A DNA stretch of 64,000 nt, taken from Alphaproteobacteria bacterium (GTDB taxonomy: Bacteria > Pseudomonadota > Alphaproteobacteria > Micavibrionales > SZUA-601). Positions 35,044 to 44,225 of the stretch are shown here, one piece after another. The stretch spans positions 1,096,765-1,160,764 of the forward strand of contig OZ244156.1 in the NCBI GenBank assembly GCA_965216395.1, given 5' to 3'. How positions within the stretch are numbered: position 1 is the stretch's first letter; the number at the start of each line of letters is the position of its first letter. A program made the position numbers and the translations under genes. The notes beneath the pieces are model-generated. The model did no database searches. It saw nothing but the letters and a program-made list of their open reading frames with translations, and was not told the origin of the DNA.

Positions 35044-35625
35044 GTGGATCTCACACAAAACTTACCCAATTTTAGTCTCCATTTTGGTGGACGTGATATA
35101 TTAATCTACTTAGGATTATCTATAAAGCATCGTATGGAAATTTCTAAATATGGCACAACCTACGACTTTAAGCGTTTCAGTCTCTCACAAGGTGAGATTG
35201 CACCTTTTTGGTATAGGCTTATAGGACAGAAAATATTAGGCATTAAAATTAATGAATACATGATTCATATTGTCTTTGAACCTGCTTTGGGATTTTTAGT
35301 AGGAAGCCTTTTGCTAATTTTTCCATTTTCCCGATTAGTCGGTGGTGTTTTAATATTCTCTGCTATTTGTTTTGCAATCAAAAACTTTACACAAGCGCAA
35401 TTGGGACGTAACTGGGTTCTTGATATTATTGATGATAAAATCTGCAATGAATTAAATCATGATATATTTATTGAGGATAAGCCAAGTCAAGAAACGAAAG
35501 GTGTTTATTTACCTATTGAATTACCAAAGGAAGAGGAAACCCGTAAAATAATCTATGATGCTTTTAATCAATCAATGGGGATTGAAGAAGATATTTGGGT
35601 CAATGACCAATTGGATGATGATTAA
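35044..35625 (+). CDS. Hypothetical two-TM membrane protein; its frame stays open upstream to 34882 and there encodes a Walker-B-like WVDEAHYF remnant
   Basis: ORF track (GTG start). TM segments ALGFLVGSLLLIFPF and VGGVLIFSAICFAI. The upstream in-frame extension reads ...YSRPTFLWVDEAHYFLHEHDIDHQSTARSYRACTVDLTQ. Confidence 0.4.
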   Translation: MDLTQNLPNFSLHFGGRDILIYLGLSIKHRMEISKYGTTYDFKRFSLSQGEIAPFWYRLIGQKILGIKINEYMIHIVFEPALGFLVGSLLLIFPFSRLVGGVLIFSAICFAIKNFTQAQLGRNWVLDIIDDKICNELNHDIFIEDKPSQETKGVYLPIELPKEEETRKIIYDAFNQSMGIEEDIWVNDQLDDD

Positions 35626-35961
35626 TTATTTATCTCTTGTGTCAAGAAATGGCCCCTCAGCTTCTTTAGGATCAAATAAATGCCCTTGTTCGGGCGCTCT
35701 TTGTAGAATATATCTTTTGAGATGAATAATCATATTATGTAAACGCTTGTCAAATTGACTTTGTGAGACTTTACCAATATTAAGCACATGTAATTCATGT
35801 CTAAGATGCATTTCAATGACACGACGTGCTACAAAAGCAGGCTTAAAACCTAATTTTTCAGTGATCAGTTTTTGGGCTTGCTCTTTATATTCAGGATATA
35901 AATCTGAATATTCCATTAGTGTATCCCAACTATATTCTGGAGCATAATATTTAGATGTCAT
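35626..35961 (-). CDS. Tandem paralogue 1 of an uncharacterised ~110-aa family
   Basis: ORF with SD AGAGG. About 70% identical by eye to paralogue 2. The shared C-terminal tail is PEQxHLFDPKEAExPFLDTRDK. Confidence 0.7.
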   Translation of the reverse strand: MTSKYYAPEYSWDTLMEYSDLYPEYKEQAQKLITEKLGFKPAFVARRVIEMHLRHELHVLNIGKVSQSQFDKRLHNMIIHLKRYILQRAPEQGHLFDPKEAEGPFLDTRDK

Positions 35962-36068
35962 ATTAAACCTCTATTTTCTTGACATAAAGAATAACATATA
36001 AATCATTAAATTTCAACTATGGAAAGCAAGCATCTGGGAAGATTTCAAATGCAAAAGCATATTGTTAA

Positions 36069-36404
36069 TTATTTATCCCTTGTGTCAAGAAATGGCGCTT
36101 CTGCCTCTTTTGGGTCAAATAAATGCGCCTGTTCGGGTGCTCTTTCTAGAATATATCTTTTAATGTGAATAATCATATTATGCAAGCGCTTGTCAAATTG
36201 ACTTTGTGAAACGTTACCAATTTTAAGCTCATGTAATTCACGTCGAAGACACTTTTCAACACTTTTACTAGCAACATAGGCAGGTTTGAAACCTAATTTT
36301 TCTTTAATTAATTCTCGTGCTTGCTCTTTATATTCAGGGTAAAAATTACAAAACTCTTTGACAGAATTCCATTTATACTCGGGCGCATAATTTTTAGATG
36401 TCAT
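36069..36404 (-). CDS. Tandem paralogue 2
   Basis: As above. The repeat period is 443-445 bp and includes a near-identical ~105-bp upstream spacer. Confidence 0.7.
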   Translation of the reverse strand: MTSKNYAPEYKWNSVKEFCNFYPEYKEQARELIKEKLGFKPAYVASKSVEKCLRRELHELKIGNVSQSQFDKRLHNMIIHIKRYILERAPEQAHLFDPKEAEAPFLDTRDK

Positions 36405-36513
36405 TTTTAAACCTTTCGTTTTTTTGACATAAAGAATAACATAAAAATCATTAAATTTAAACTATGGAAAGCAAGCATCTGGGAAGATTTCAAATGCAAA
36501 AGCATATTGTTAA

Positions 36514-36846
36514 TTATTTATCCCTTGTATCAAGAAATGGAGCTTCTGCCTCTTTTGGGTCAAATAAATGCGCCTGTTCAGGTACTCGTAGTAAGATGTA
36601 TTTTTTAATTAGTATCAAACCATTGTGAAGACGTTTGTTAAAAGTGTATTGAGATATTTTACCTTGTTCAAGAAGTTTTAATTCTTTTCTTAGTCCTCGC
36701 TCAGTGCTTCGACTTGCATTTAAGCTAGGCTTGAAACCTAATCCTTCAATAACAAGTTTTCGAGCTTGGTCTTTGTACTCCAAATCATCTGTATCATAAG
36801 CAATAATAGATGCCCAATCGGTAGAAAAAGGTTTACTAGTTGGCAT
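36514..36846 (-). CDS. Tandem paralogue 3 (most divergent)
   Basis: The last 22 residues (PEQAHLFDPKEAEAPFLDTRDK) are identical to paralogue 2, while the N-terminal two-thirds are diverged. Confidence 0.7.
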   Translation of the reverse strand: MPTSKPFSTDWASIIAYDTDDLEYKDQARKLVIEGLGFKPSLNASRSTERGLRKELKLLEQGKISQYTFNKRLHNGLILIKKYILLRVPEQAHLFDPKEAEAPFLDTRDK

Positions 36847-36898
36847 TTTGAAACTCCAAATTACCCATTAAACATAACATAAATTAAACTTTATTTCA

Positions 36899-37279
36899 AT
36901 GATGAAAAAGGATGATTTAAAGCTTTTAAAAGACACTATTTTAATCGATTTTGATATTATAAAGCTTATTGATGAAAAAGAAAAAGCGATTGATAAACTT
37001 ACGCATAAACAAACATCGGGTTATTTTGAACCTAAACCAAGTTTAACTCCCAAAGATGATTTAAACCTACCTAAAGAGAAATCTCTAAGTAAAGAATTAA
37101 AGGATGCTCAGCGCAATAAAATTGAGCAAACCCGTAAAGATTTTGATGATAAAATAGAAGCAGAAGCCCGCAATAACATCGATAGAAATGGTTATGAACA
37201 TCACAAAGAAAAAATGAATAAACTCAACCAATATAGGTCAAGACAACAACTAAGCCCACGCCGTAGACATGGGTATTAG
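36899..37279 (+). CDS. Hypothetical Lys/Asp/Glu-rich coiled-coil protein
   Basis: ORF track only; low-complexity charged sequence. Confidence 0.35.
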   Translation: MMKKDDLKLLKDTILIDFDIIKLIDEKEKAIDKLTHKQTSGYFEPKPSLTPKDDLNLPKEKSLSKELKDAQRNKIEQTRKDFDDKIEAEARNNIDRNGYEHHKEKMNKLNQYRSRQQLSPRRRHGY

Positions 37280-37387
37280 TCTACATGCCTTTCGCCAGAC
37301 CTATTAAAAATTACCAGTTTTCGATGGGTGACAATTTTATTAATTTTTGCCTTGTCAGCCCTTAAATTCTTATGTTTTTTGTTTTCG

Positions 37388-37423
37388 TTTTGGGTGGCAT
37401 TTTGGGTGGCATTTTGGGTGGCA
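37388..37423 (+). repeat. Perfect 12-bp tandem repeat x3 (TTTTGGGTGGCA)
   Basis: Read directly: units at 37388-37399, 37400-37411 and 37412-37423. Confidence 0.9.
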
Positions 37424-37632
37424 AATTGACCGTTTTTGTATGAATTTGAATGCAACATGATGCACTTATCCTTTCTTAAAAAAATAAGTAGTTCACGTTT
37501 TATATCGACTCATCAAAGACATCACTATGCACATAAAAGTGCTGTGTCGCCCATATAGCAAGGGATTCAATTTTCTACTGGACAATCGGGCAAAATGTAT
37601 CTATACACCTAATGACCGTTTTGTGACGGTGT

Positions 37633-37708
37633 GCCCTGATAGCTCAGTTGGTAGAGCAAACGACTGAAAATCGTTGTGTCGGCAGTTCAAGTCTGCCTCG
37701 GGGCACCA
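37633..37708 (+). tRNA. tRNA-Phe (anticodon GAA)
   Basis: GCCCTGATAGCTCAGTTGGTAGAGCAAACGACTGAAAATCGTTGTGTCGGCAGTTCAAGTCTGCCTCGGGGCACCA. It folds as a cloverleaf with anticodon loop CTGAAAA and an encoded CCA, followed by a T-run. Confidence 0.95.
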
Positions 37709-37729
37709 TTTTTTTAAAAACCGCTGTCT

Positions 37730-38653
37730 TTATTTAATAATTTCAATATCTTGACCTTTCAAGATATCACGTGTTTTTTGTAGATCATGGGTAACCCCCA
37801 GAATATAACCGCCACCACCAGAGCCACATAATTTTAGATAATAATTGTTGTGATCAATGCCGGATTGCCAAATATTGCGCATATTTTGGGGAATCATTGG
37901 CGAAAAGAGCGCGAAAGTGATTTGTGAAATCTTCTTGAACTGATTCAAAATGAGATCTTTATTTTGCCCAAGCAGAGCATCGACACCCTGATTGGTTATC
38001 GGTATGAATTGATTATAGAACAAATCTTTAAAGTTTTTCTCTTGGATCATTTTTGAAAAATTTTTAACCATAAGATCAGTTTGAGCCACTTGGTGCGTAT
38101 CAAGTAAAAAAAACTTAATAGAGGGATTAAGCCCAGAAAAATCAAAAAGACTAATATTAGAGGGTTGTGCTATCAAAGCTTGGTTAAGATAACTTGTTAA
38201 AGGATCTAAACCCGATGAGATACCATGAAAAAAATGCTCCATTTTTGACAATATGTTTTTTGTTTTAAGAATCTGTGTTGTTTTTACATTACAGTTTTTA
38301 ACACCATATTGATCATAAAGAGCAGCGACCAATGCACCACTGCTACCAATCCCGTATCTCTGTGGAATATGGCTGTCAAAATAAAGATTTTTGCTAAGAT
38401 CTTTTGCCAATTTATTAAGGTTGAGAGCAGATATATCTTTATCAAAAACACATCTTTCTTTTAAATACTTTAAAAACTTCTTCAAAATAAGGTGAGAGGA
38501 TGTTTGATCTTTTGAAAGATTCTGCTGATTTAACCGCAATTGACCGGAATATTTAGAAAATGGAACGGTTACGCCTTTACCGCCATGTACGACGGCATAT
38601 TCCCCTAGAAGAAGAATTTTGGCATGAAAAACGCTATTATTATGCTCCCTCAT
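37730..38653 (-). CDS. GHMP kinase, probable mevalonate kinase
   Basis: AKILLLGEYAVVHGGKGVTVP, YGIGSSGALVAALY and GSGGGGYILG, adjacent to the mevalonate diphosphate decarboxylase gene. Confidence 0.7.
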   Translation of the reverse strand: MREHNNSVFHAKILLLGEYAVVHGGKGVTVPFSKYSGQLRLNQQNLSKDQTSSHLILKKFLKYLKERCVFDKDISALNLNKLAKDLSKNLYFDSHIPQRYGIGSSGALVAALYDQYGVKNCNVKTTQILKTKNILSKMEHFFHGISSGLDPLTSYLNQALIAQPSNISLFDFSGLNPSIKFFLLDTHQVAQTDLMVKNFSKMIQEKNFKDLFYNQFIPITNQGVDALLGQNKDLILNQFKKISQITFALFSPMIPQNMRNIWQSGIDHNNYYLKLCGSGGGGYILGVTHDLQKTRDILKGQDIEIIK

Positions 38654-39702
38654 GATACGCGGTAGGCACCCTCACCCATTTGATCATGGATAAACGCACC
38701 ATCTTCACAGTAATTAGCCAAATCCATTTCAATAAAATTTCTCACTTGCTGTTTACAAAAATCAGGATAAATACAATGAACATTAGCCCCCGCATCCAGT
38801 GTAAAACAAACAGGAATATTATTTTTTATCCGAAAATCTTTGATTTTATTTATAACGGCTAGCGTGTTGGATTTCATCAAAATGACGTTTGGCGTACTAC
38901 TCATCATCAAAGCATGTAAGGTCAAAGCCTCTGTTTCAACAATATCAATAAAAGCGTTCATATCCCCATTTCTAAGCGCTTCTTGCATAAGTTTTATATG
39001 TTTATTCGCTTGTTGATATCGTGCCGCCGCAAATGGATGATTATGCATTAAGGCATGGCCGGCGCTGCTACTTGTATTTTTGCGACCTTTATCAATAAGC
39101 AATACGGTATTACAAAGTGACTTAAACATGTTATCGATTTTATTTTCGTATGGCGTGGCATAGTCATCAGAGCTATTTTTATAATATTGACTTTGTCCCC
39201 ATATATTAAAGCCGCCGTAAACACTTCGACTGGCACTACCCGAGCCAAGGCGCGCTAAAAAAGAGGCTTTTTGCTTTAGTTCATCGCCTTTTAATCCTTG
39301 GATATCGACCAAACAAAGCGCTAAGGCGGCCATACCACTGGCTGAAGAAGCGATGCCACTGCTATGAGGAAAGGAATTTTGCGTCTTGATGGTCAAAAAA
39401 TGACTTTCTAAAAAAGGAATATAACCGCGAATCCGCGAAAAAAATGTTTCAATCTTTGGTCTAAAATTATCATTAGGCACATCATCAACATATATCTCAA
39501 ACCCTGTATGATTGGCTTTTTGAAAAATCACTTCTGTTATCGTATGACAATGCGTTAGAGAGAAACTCAAAGAGGGATTAAGCGGTAACTGCACCTCTTT
39601 TTTACCCCAATATTTAATAAGTGCAATATTACTGGGCGCACACCATTTGACGTGCCCGTGGTCAGGGACGTTAAAATCAGCTTTTTTCTTAAATAGATCC
39701 AT
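38650..39702 (-). CDS. Diphosphomevalonate decarboxylase
   Basis: APSNIALIKYWGKK, SSGIASSASG and LGSGSASRS. Confidence 0.85.
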   Translation of the reverse strand: MDLFKKKADFNVPDHGHVKWCAPSNIALIKYWGKKEVQLPLNPSLSFSLTHCHTITEVIFQKANHTGFEIYVDDVPNDNFRPKIETFFSRIRGYIPFLESHFLTIKTQNSFPHSSGIASSASGMAALALCLVDIQGLKGDELKQKASFLARLGSGSASRSVYGGFNIWGQSQYYKNSSDDYATPYENKIDNMFKSLCNTVLLIDKGRKNTSSSAGHALMHNHPFAAARYQQANKHIKLMQEALRNGDMNAFIDIVETEALTLHALMMSSTPNVILMKSNTLAVINKIKDFRIKNNIPVCFTLDAGANVHCIYPDFCKQQVRNFIEMDLANYCEDGAFIHDQMGEGAYRVS

Positions 39703-39736
39703 TGATTATCTGTTTTTTTTTATTTACAACCAAGCT

Positions 39737-40642
39737 ATGAGACACAATTTTTACAGTCATGGCAAGCTTTTACTCAGTGGTGAATATGCTGTATTGGATG
39801 GTGCCTTATCACTTGCTCTGCCGACTCAATTTGGTCAGTCACTAGACATATCTGAAATTAAAGAAAAAAAACTGCTCTGGACAGCCCAAAATCATCAAAA
39901 TCAAATTTGGTTTGACCTTGAATTAAATTTACCATTAGAGAGCATAAACAATGGATGTGTCACAAGTCATTTTTTAATTAAAGTCTTAGAAGGGGCACAA
40001 GAAATCAATCCTCATTTTTTGTCATCACATAACGGTTATCAAGTCAAAACAAAATTGGATTTTAATCTAGAATGGGGACTTGGATCATCATCAACTTTGA
40101 TCAATAATATCGCCAGTTGGGCGAATATTGATCCGCTTCAACTCTTTAAACGGGTTTCAAACGGCAGCGGTTATGATATTGCATGTGCAGGGTCCCACCA
40201 GCCTATCTTGTATCAAATCAAGAACAAAATACCAACAATAACGCCTGTTGATTATAACCCCATATTCACCGATCAGCTTTATTTCATCTACCTTAATAAA
40301 AAACAATGCAGTAAACAGGCAATTGAAACCTATCGTGCAAAAAGTATTCCTCCCTCTTTCGTAGAGGATATTTCAAACATCACAAAAGAAATCATTCAAT
40401 GTAATCAACTCAAAGAATTTCAATTTCTGATTAGCGCTCATGAGAAATATGTTGCCCAAATTTTAGAAATTCCAACGATTAAAGAAAAGTTTTTTAAAGA
40501 CTACACCGGCTCTATTAAAAGTTTAGGGGCTTGGGGTGGCGACTTCATTCTAGCCACTGGAGAACAAGCCCCCTCCTATTTTAAAAATAAGGGCTATCAC
40601 ACAATTATTCCCTATCAAAACATGGCATTAGATCAATCATGA
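39737..40642 (+). CDS. GYDIA-family GHMP kinase (putative phosphomevalonate kinase)
   Basis: GKLLLSGEYAVLDGALSLALPT, WGLGSSSTLINNIA and the SGYDIACA motif. I moved the start to the ATG at 39737, because the track start at 39647 overlaps the divergent gene. Confidence 0.7.
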   Translation: MRHNFYSHGKLLLSGEYAVLDGALSLALPTQFGQSLDISEIKEKKLLWTAQNHQNQIWFDLELNLPLESINNGCVTSHFLIKVLEGAQEINPHFLSSHNGYQVKTKLDFNLEWGLGSSSTLINNIASWANIDPLQLFKRVSNGSGYDIACAGSHQPILYQIKNKIPTITPVDYNPIFTDQLYFIYLNKKQCSKQAIETYRAKSIPPSFVEDISNITKEIIQCNQLKEFQFLISAHEKYVAQILEIPTIKEKFFKDYTGSIKSLGAWGGDFILATGEQAPSYFKNKGYHTIIPYQNMALDQS

Positions 40643-41220
40643 GTGAAACAAATATTATCATCGGCTCTGATCTCAAAAAACGTTGTGGGTGGTGTGGTAA
40701 TGATCCTTTATACGTTGCTTATCACGATCATGAATGGGGGCGCCCCCAAAAAGATAATATTAAACTCTTTGAACAAATCTGTTTAGAGGGTTTTCAATCA
40801 GGCCTCAGTTGGATCACAATTTTGCGAAAAAGAGATAATTTTCGAAACGCTTTCGATCATTTCGACTATTCTCAAATCATTCAATATGATGATCAAAAAA
40901 TAGAAAACCTTCTTACGAATAAAGGGATTATTCGCCACTCAGGTAAAATAAAAGCCGTTATTAACAATGCGCGTTGCGCTCTTAAACTATTAGATGAATA
41001 CACATCATTGGCCGATTATTTTTGGCGTTTTCAAGGTGAAACACAAAAAAATACTTCTCAAACACCCATAACCGTCAATAAAGAAGCCCAAGCCATGGCA
41101 AAAGACCTCAAAAATCGGGGCTGGAAATTTGTTGGTCCCACAACCTGTTATGCTTTTATGCAAGCGGTTGGGATCGTCAATGACCATGCAGCAGAGTGTT
41201 TTTTAAAAGGTAAAATTTAA
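40639..41220 (+). CDS. tag: DNA-3-methyladenine glycosylase I
   Basis: CGWCGNDPLYVAYHDHEWGRP...LEGFQSGLSWITILRKR. Confidence 0.9.
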   Translation: MSETNIIIGSDLKKRCGWCGNDPLYVAYHDHEWGRPQKDNIKLFEQICLEGFQSGLSWITILRKRDNFRNAFDHFDYSQIIQYDDQKIENLLTNKGIIRHSGKIKAVINNARCALKLLDEYTSLADYFWRFQGETQKNTSQTPITVNKEAQAMAKDLKNRGWKFVGPTTCYAFMQAVGIVNDHAAECFLKGKI

Positions 41221-42686
41221 GCGACCAAACATTGCTTAATGGCTTTTTGCCATCCTTGCAGATATTGATTTCGTGTTTGGATATCCATAGAAGGTTTAAA
41301 ACTTTTATCCAATTGATAAAAATCGTTAATTTCTGTTGATTTTGGATAGAATCCAATTTGCATTCCTGCCAGATAAGCCACGCCCCATACGGTTGTTTCA
41401 ATATTTTTTGGTCGATCAATATTCACATTGCAAATATCAGCAATAAATTGACACACAAAATTATTCGCCACCATGCCACCATCAAGACGGATAGTTTTTA
41501 AAGCCATGTTTGCATCACCAACCATGGCCATAAGCAAATCTTGTGTTTGGTAGGCTTGTGCTTCTAACGCGGCACGAATAATATGCGCCTTGTCCGTTGA
41601 ACGTTGTAAACCAGTGATCAAACCACGCGCAGACGGTTTCCAATAGGGGGCGCCCAAACCTGTAAACGCAGGGACGAAATACACCCCCCCATTATCAGCT
41701 ATTGATTGCGCAATACTTGCTGTTTCACGCGCATGATCGATGATTTTGAGGTCATCACGCAACCATTGAATCGCTGTACCCGCATTAAAAATAGCACCTT
41801 CTAAGGCATAATGGGTGACCCCATTTAAGCGATAGCCAACCGTGGTTAAAAGGCCGTTTTGGGAAGACACCGCTTGAGAACCCGTATTCATTAAAACAAA
41901 ACAACCCGTGCCATAGGTTGACTTGACCATGCCTTTATCAAAACACGCCTGACCAATCAATGCCGCCTGTTGATCACCAGCAACACCCGTCACAGGTATG
42001 GGTTGACCAAAAATAATTGTATTACAAAATTCACCGGCGCAATCTTTCACATCTGGCAACATAGATTTGGGAATATCAAAAATGTTCAGTAATTTATCAT
42101 CCCAGGCTTGATCATGAATATTAAATATTTGAGTACGTGATGCGTTTGTAGCATCACTTATATGCGCAGAACCACCACTGAGATTCCAAATCAGCCATGA
42201 ATCAATAGTACCAAATAAAAGATCACCCTTTTGCGCCTTTTCTTTGGCACCATCCACATGTTCCAAAATCCATTTTATTTTCGATGCAGAAAAATAAGGA
42301 TCAATAACCAATCCCGTTTTATCATAGATCCATTTTTCATGACCTAATTTCTTTAACTGATTACAAAAACGTGCTGTACGGCGATCTTGCCAAACAATCG
42401 CCTTATAAATTGGCTGTCCCGTATGACGGTCCCAAACAACGGTCGTTTCTCGTTGATTGGTAATGGCAATCGCCGCAATATCTTGTGAATCAGCAATCAC
42501 TTCATGGCAAACTGTTAAAACATCTTGCCAAATTTGCAACGCATCCTGTTCCACCCAACCATCTTGCGGATAACGAATATCAAGGCTTTTTTGAGCCTTC
42601 TGGACAATTTGACCTTTTTTATCAAACAAAAAAGCGCGCGTTGAGGTTGTCCCTTGGTCGATGCTTAAAATATATTTACTCATCAT
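41217..42686 (-). CDS. glpK: Glycerol kinase
   Basis: YILSIDQGTTSTRAFLF. The start ATGATG overlaps the glpD stop (ATGATGAGTAA). Confidence 0.95.
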   Translation of the reverse strand: MMSKYILSIDQGTTSTRAFLFDKKGQIVQKAQKSLDIRYPQDGWVEQDALQIWQDVLTVCHEVIADSQDIAAIAITNQRETTVVWDRHTGQPIYKAIVWQDRRTARFCNQLKKLGHEKWIYDKTGLVIDPYFSASKIKWILEHVDGAKEKAQKGDLLFGTIDSWLIWNLSGGSAHISDATNASRTQIFNIHDQAWDDKLLNIFDIPKSMLPDVKDCAGEFCNTIIFGQPIPVTGVAGDQQAALIGQACFDKGMVKSTYGTGCFVLMNTGSQAVSSQNGLLTTVGYRLNGVTHYALEGAIFNAGTAIQWLRDDLKIIDHARETASIAQSIADNGGVYFVPAFTGLGAPYWKPSARGLITGLQRSTDKAHIIRAALEAQAYQTQDLLMAMVGDANMALKTIRLDGGMVANNFVCQFIADICNVNIDRPKNIETTVWGVAYLAGMQIGFYPKSTEINDFYQLDKSFKPSMDIQTRNQYLQGWQKAIKQCLVA

Positions 42687-44172
42687 AACCTCGCTTTTTG
42701 AGGTAGTTTTCAAGATTTTTTTTGGTTTTATCACAGATATGATAGATCAATTTTGACCGTCTTAATAAAATATCATTTAGACCACGCGCCCATTCATATT
42801 CAATCAAATAATCGATTTCACAACTATAGAGATCATCACCAAAACTTTCCCCTAAATCTTTGACAGATTGGGCATGGTTTAAAACCGCATCAATACGTGT
42901 TCCATAGGCTGTGACTAAGCGTTTAACTACTGTCTCCGGCAAAAAATGAAACTGTTTGATTTTTTGATTTAAAAACAAATTTCGATCTAAAATATCACCC
43001 CCTGGAATGCTTGCATTTTCAGTCCAAGGCTTTGTCTTTAAACCCAAAGATTGTGATATCTCATTCACCACATCTTCTGCAAGACGGCGGAAAGTGGTGA
43101 TTTTTCCACCAAATATTGATAAATAATATGGCTTTGTTTCGCCGCGATGAATCCGATAATCACGTGTTATGGCCGCCGCTTCCCCTTCTTCATCATCAAA
43201 AAGAGGACGAACACCGCTATAAGAGAAGACAACATCATCAGCTGAGATCTGTTTTTTAAGATACGCATTCACCGATTGACAAAGATAATCCAACTCTTCT
43301 GGACTAATTACGGGGCGTTTGGGGCCATCATCAGGCAATTCAACATCTGTGGTCCCGATTAATGTGTATTTGCCTTCATAAGGCCACAAGAAAATCACGC
43401 GTTGATCTGGGTTTTGTAAAAGATAGGCATGATTACCTTCATAAAGTTTTTCAACAATAATATGGCTTCCTTTAATTAATCGGATCTTGCCACCTGATGT
43501 TTTTAAACCTTGGATATTTTTAACGACACCGTCCAACCAAGGTCCCGCCGCATTAATCAATGTCTTCGATTGAATTATATCCTTTGAACCGTCTGGGTTT
43601 TCTACTTCTATGTGCCAAATATCTTGAACACGTTTTGCCGATTTAAACTCCGTATAGGTGTTAATGGATGCGCCTTTATGAGACGCATCAACCGCGTTCA
43701 AAACAACAAGGCGCGCATCTTCTACCCAACCATCAGAATAAATAAATCCTTTTTTCAATGTGTTTTTTAAAATCTGTCCATAGGGGTGTTTCTGTATTTT
43801 TATACCACGCGATTTGGCCAATGTTTTACGTCCACCAATATGATCGTAAAGAAACAAGCCAAAGCGAACCAACCAAGCAGGGCGAATTGTGTTTTTGTGA
43901 GGCAAAACAAATTCCAATGGCCAAATCAAATGGGGCGCTGACTTTAAAAGAACCTCTCGCTCTTTCAAAGCTTCCCGAACGAGGCGAAATTCGAAATATT
44001 CTAAATATCGCAAACCACCATGGAGCATTTTTGAGCTGGCTGAGGATGTACCACGCGCCAGATCACCTTTTTCACACAAATATACTGATAATCCTCTACC
44101 AGCTGCGTCACGGGCAATTCCACAACCATTGATACCACCACCAATAATAAAAACGTCATAAATCTCAGACAA
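42676..44172 (-). CDS. glpD: Glycerol-3-phosphate dehydrogenase (FAD)
   Basis: YDVFIIGGGINGCGIARDAAGRGLSV. Confidence 0.9.
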   Translation of the reverse strand: MSEIYDVFIIGGGINGCGIARDAAGRGLSVYLCEKGDLARGTSSASSKMLHGGLRYLEYFEFRLVREALKEREVLLKSAPHLIWPLEFVLPHKNTIRPAWLVRFGLFLYDHIGGRKTLAKSRGIKIQKHPYGQILKNTLKKGFIYSDGWVEDARLVVLNAVDASHKGASINTYTEFKSAKRVQDIWHIEVENPDGSKDIIQSKTLINAAGPWLDGVVKNIQGLKTSGGKIRLIKGSHIIVEKLYEGNHAYLLQNPDQRVIFLWPYEGKYTLIGTTDVELPDDGPKRPVISPEELDYLCQSVNAYLKKQISADDVVFSYSGVRPLFDDEEGEAAAITRDYRIHRGETKPYYLSIFGGKITTFRRLAEDVVNEISQSLGLKTKPWTENASIPGGDILDRNLFLNQKIKQFHFLPETVVKRLVTAYGTRIDAVLNHAQSVKDLGESFGDDLYSCEIDYLIEYEWARGLNDILLRRSKLIYHICDKTKKNLENYLKKRGYDE

Positions 44173-44225
44173 AATACGATCCTTTTGTTAGACGAATAAA
44201 AGGATTACAGAAAAACCTTAAAACC

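Noticed and set aside
37276-37458. 60-aa ORF containing ATQNATQNATQN
   Set aside because: The repeat is the translation of the 12-bp tandem DNA repeat. The ORF has no SD and is otherwise low-complexity, so I treat it as non-coding.
39647-39736. Upstream extension of the GYDIA kinase ORF (track start 39647)
   Set aside because: The extension overlaps the 5' end of the divergent decarboxylase gene and encodes a nonsense hydrophobic peptide. Homology to GHMP kinases begins right after the ATG at 39737.
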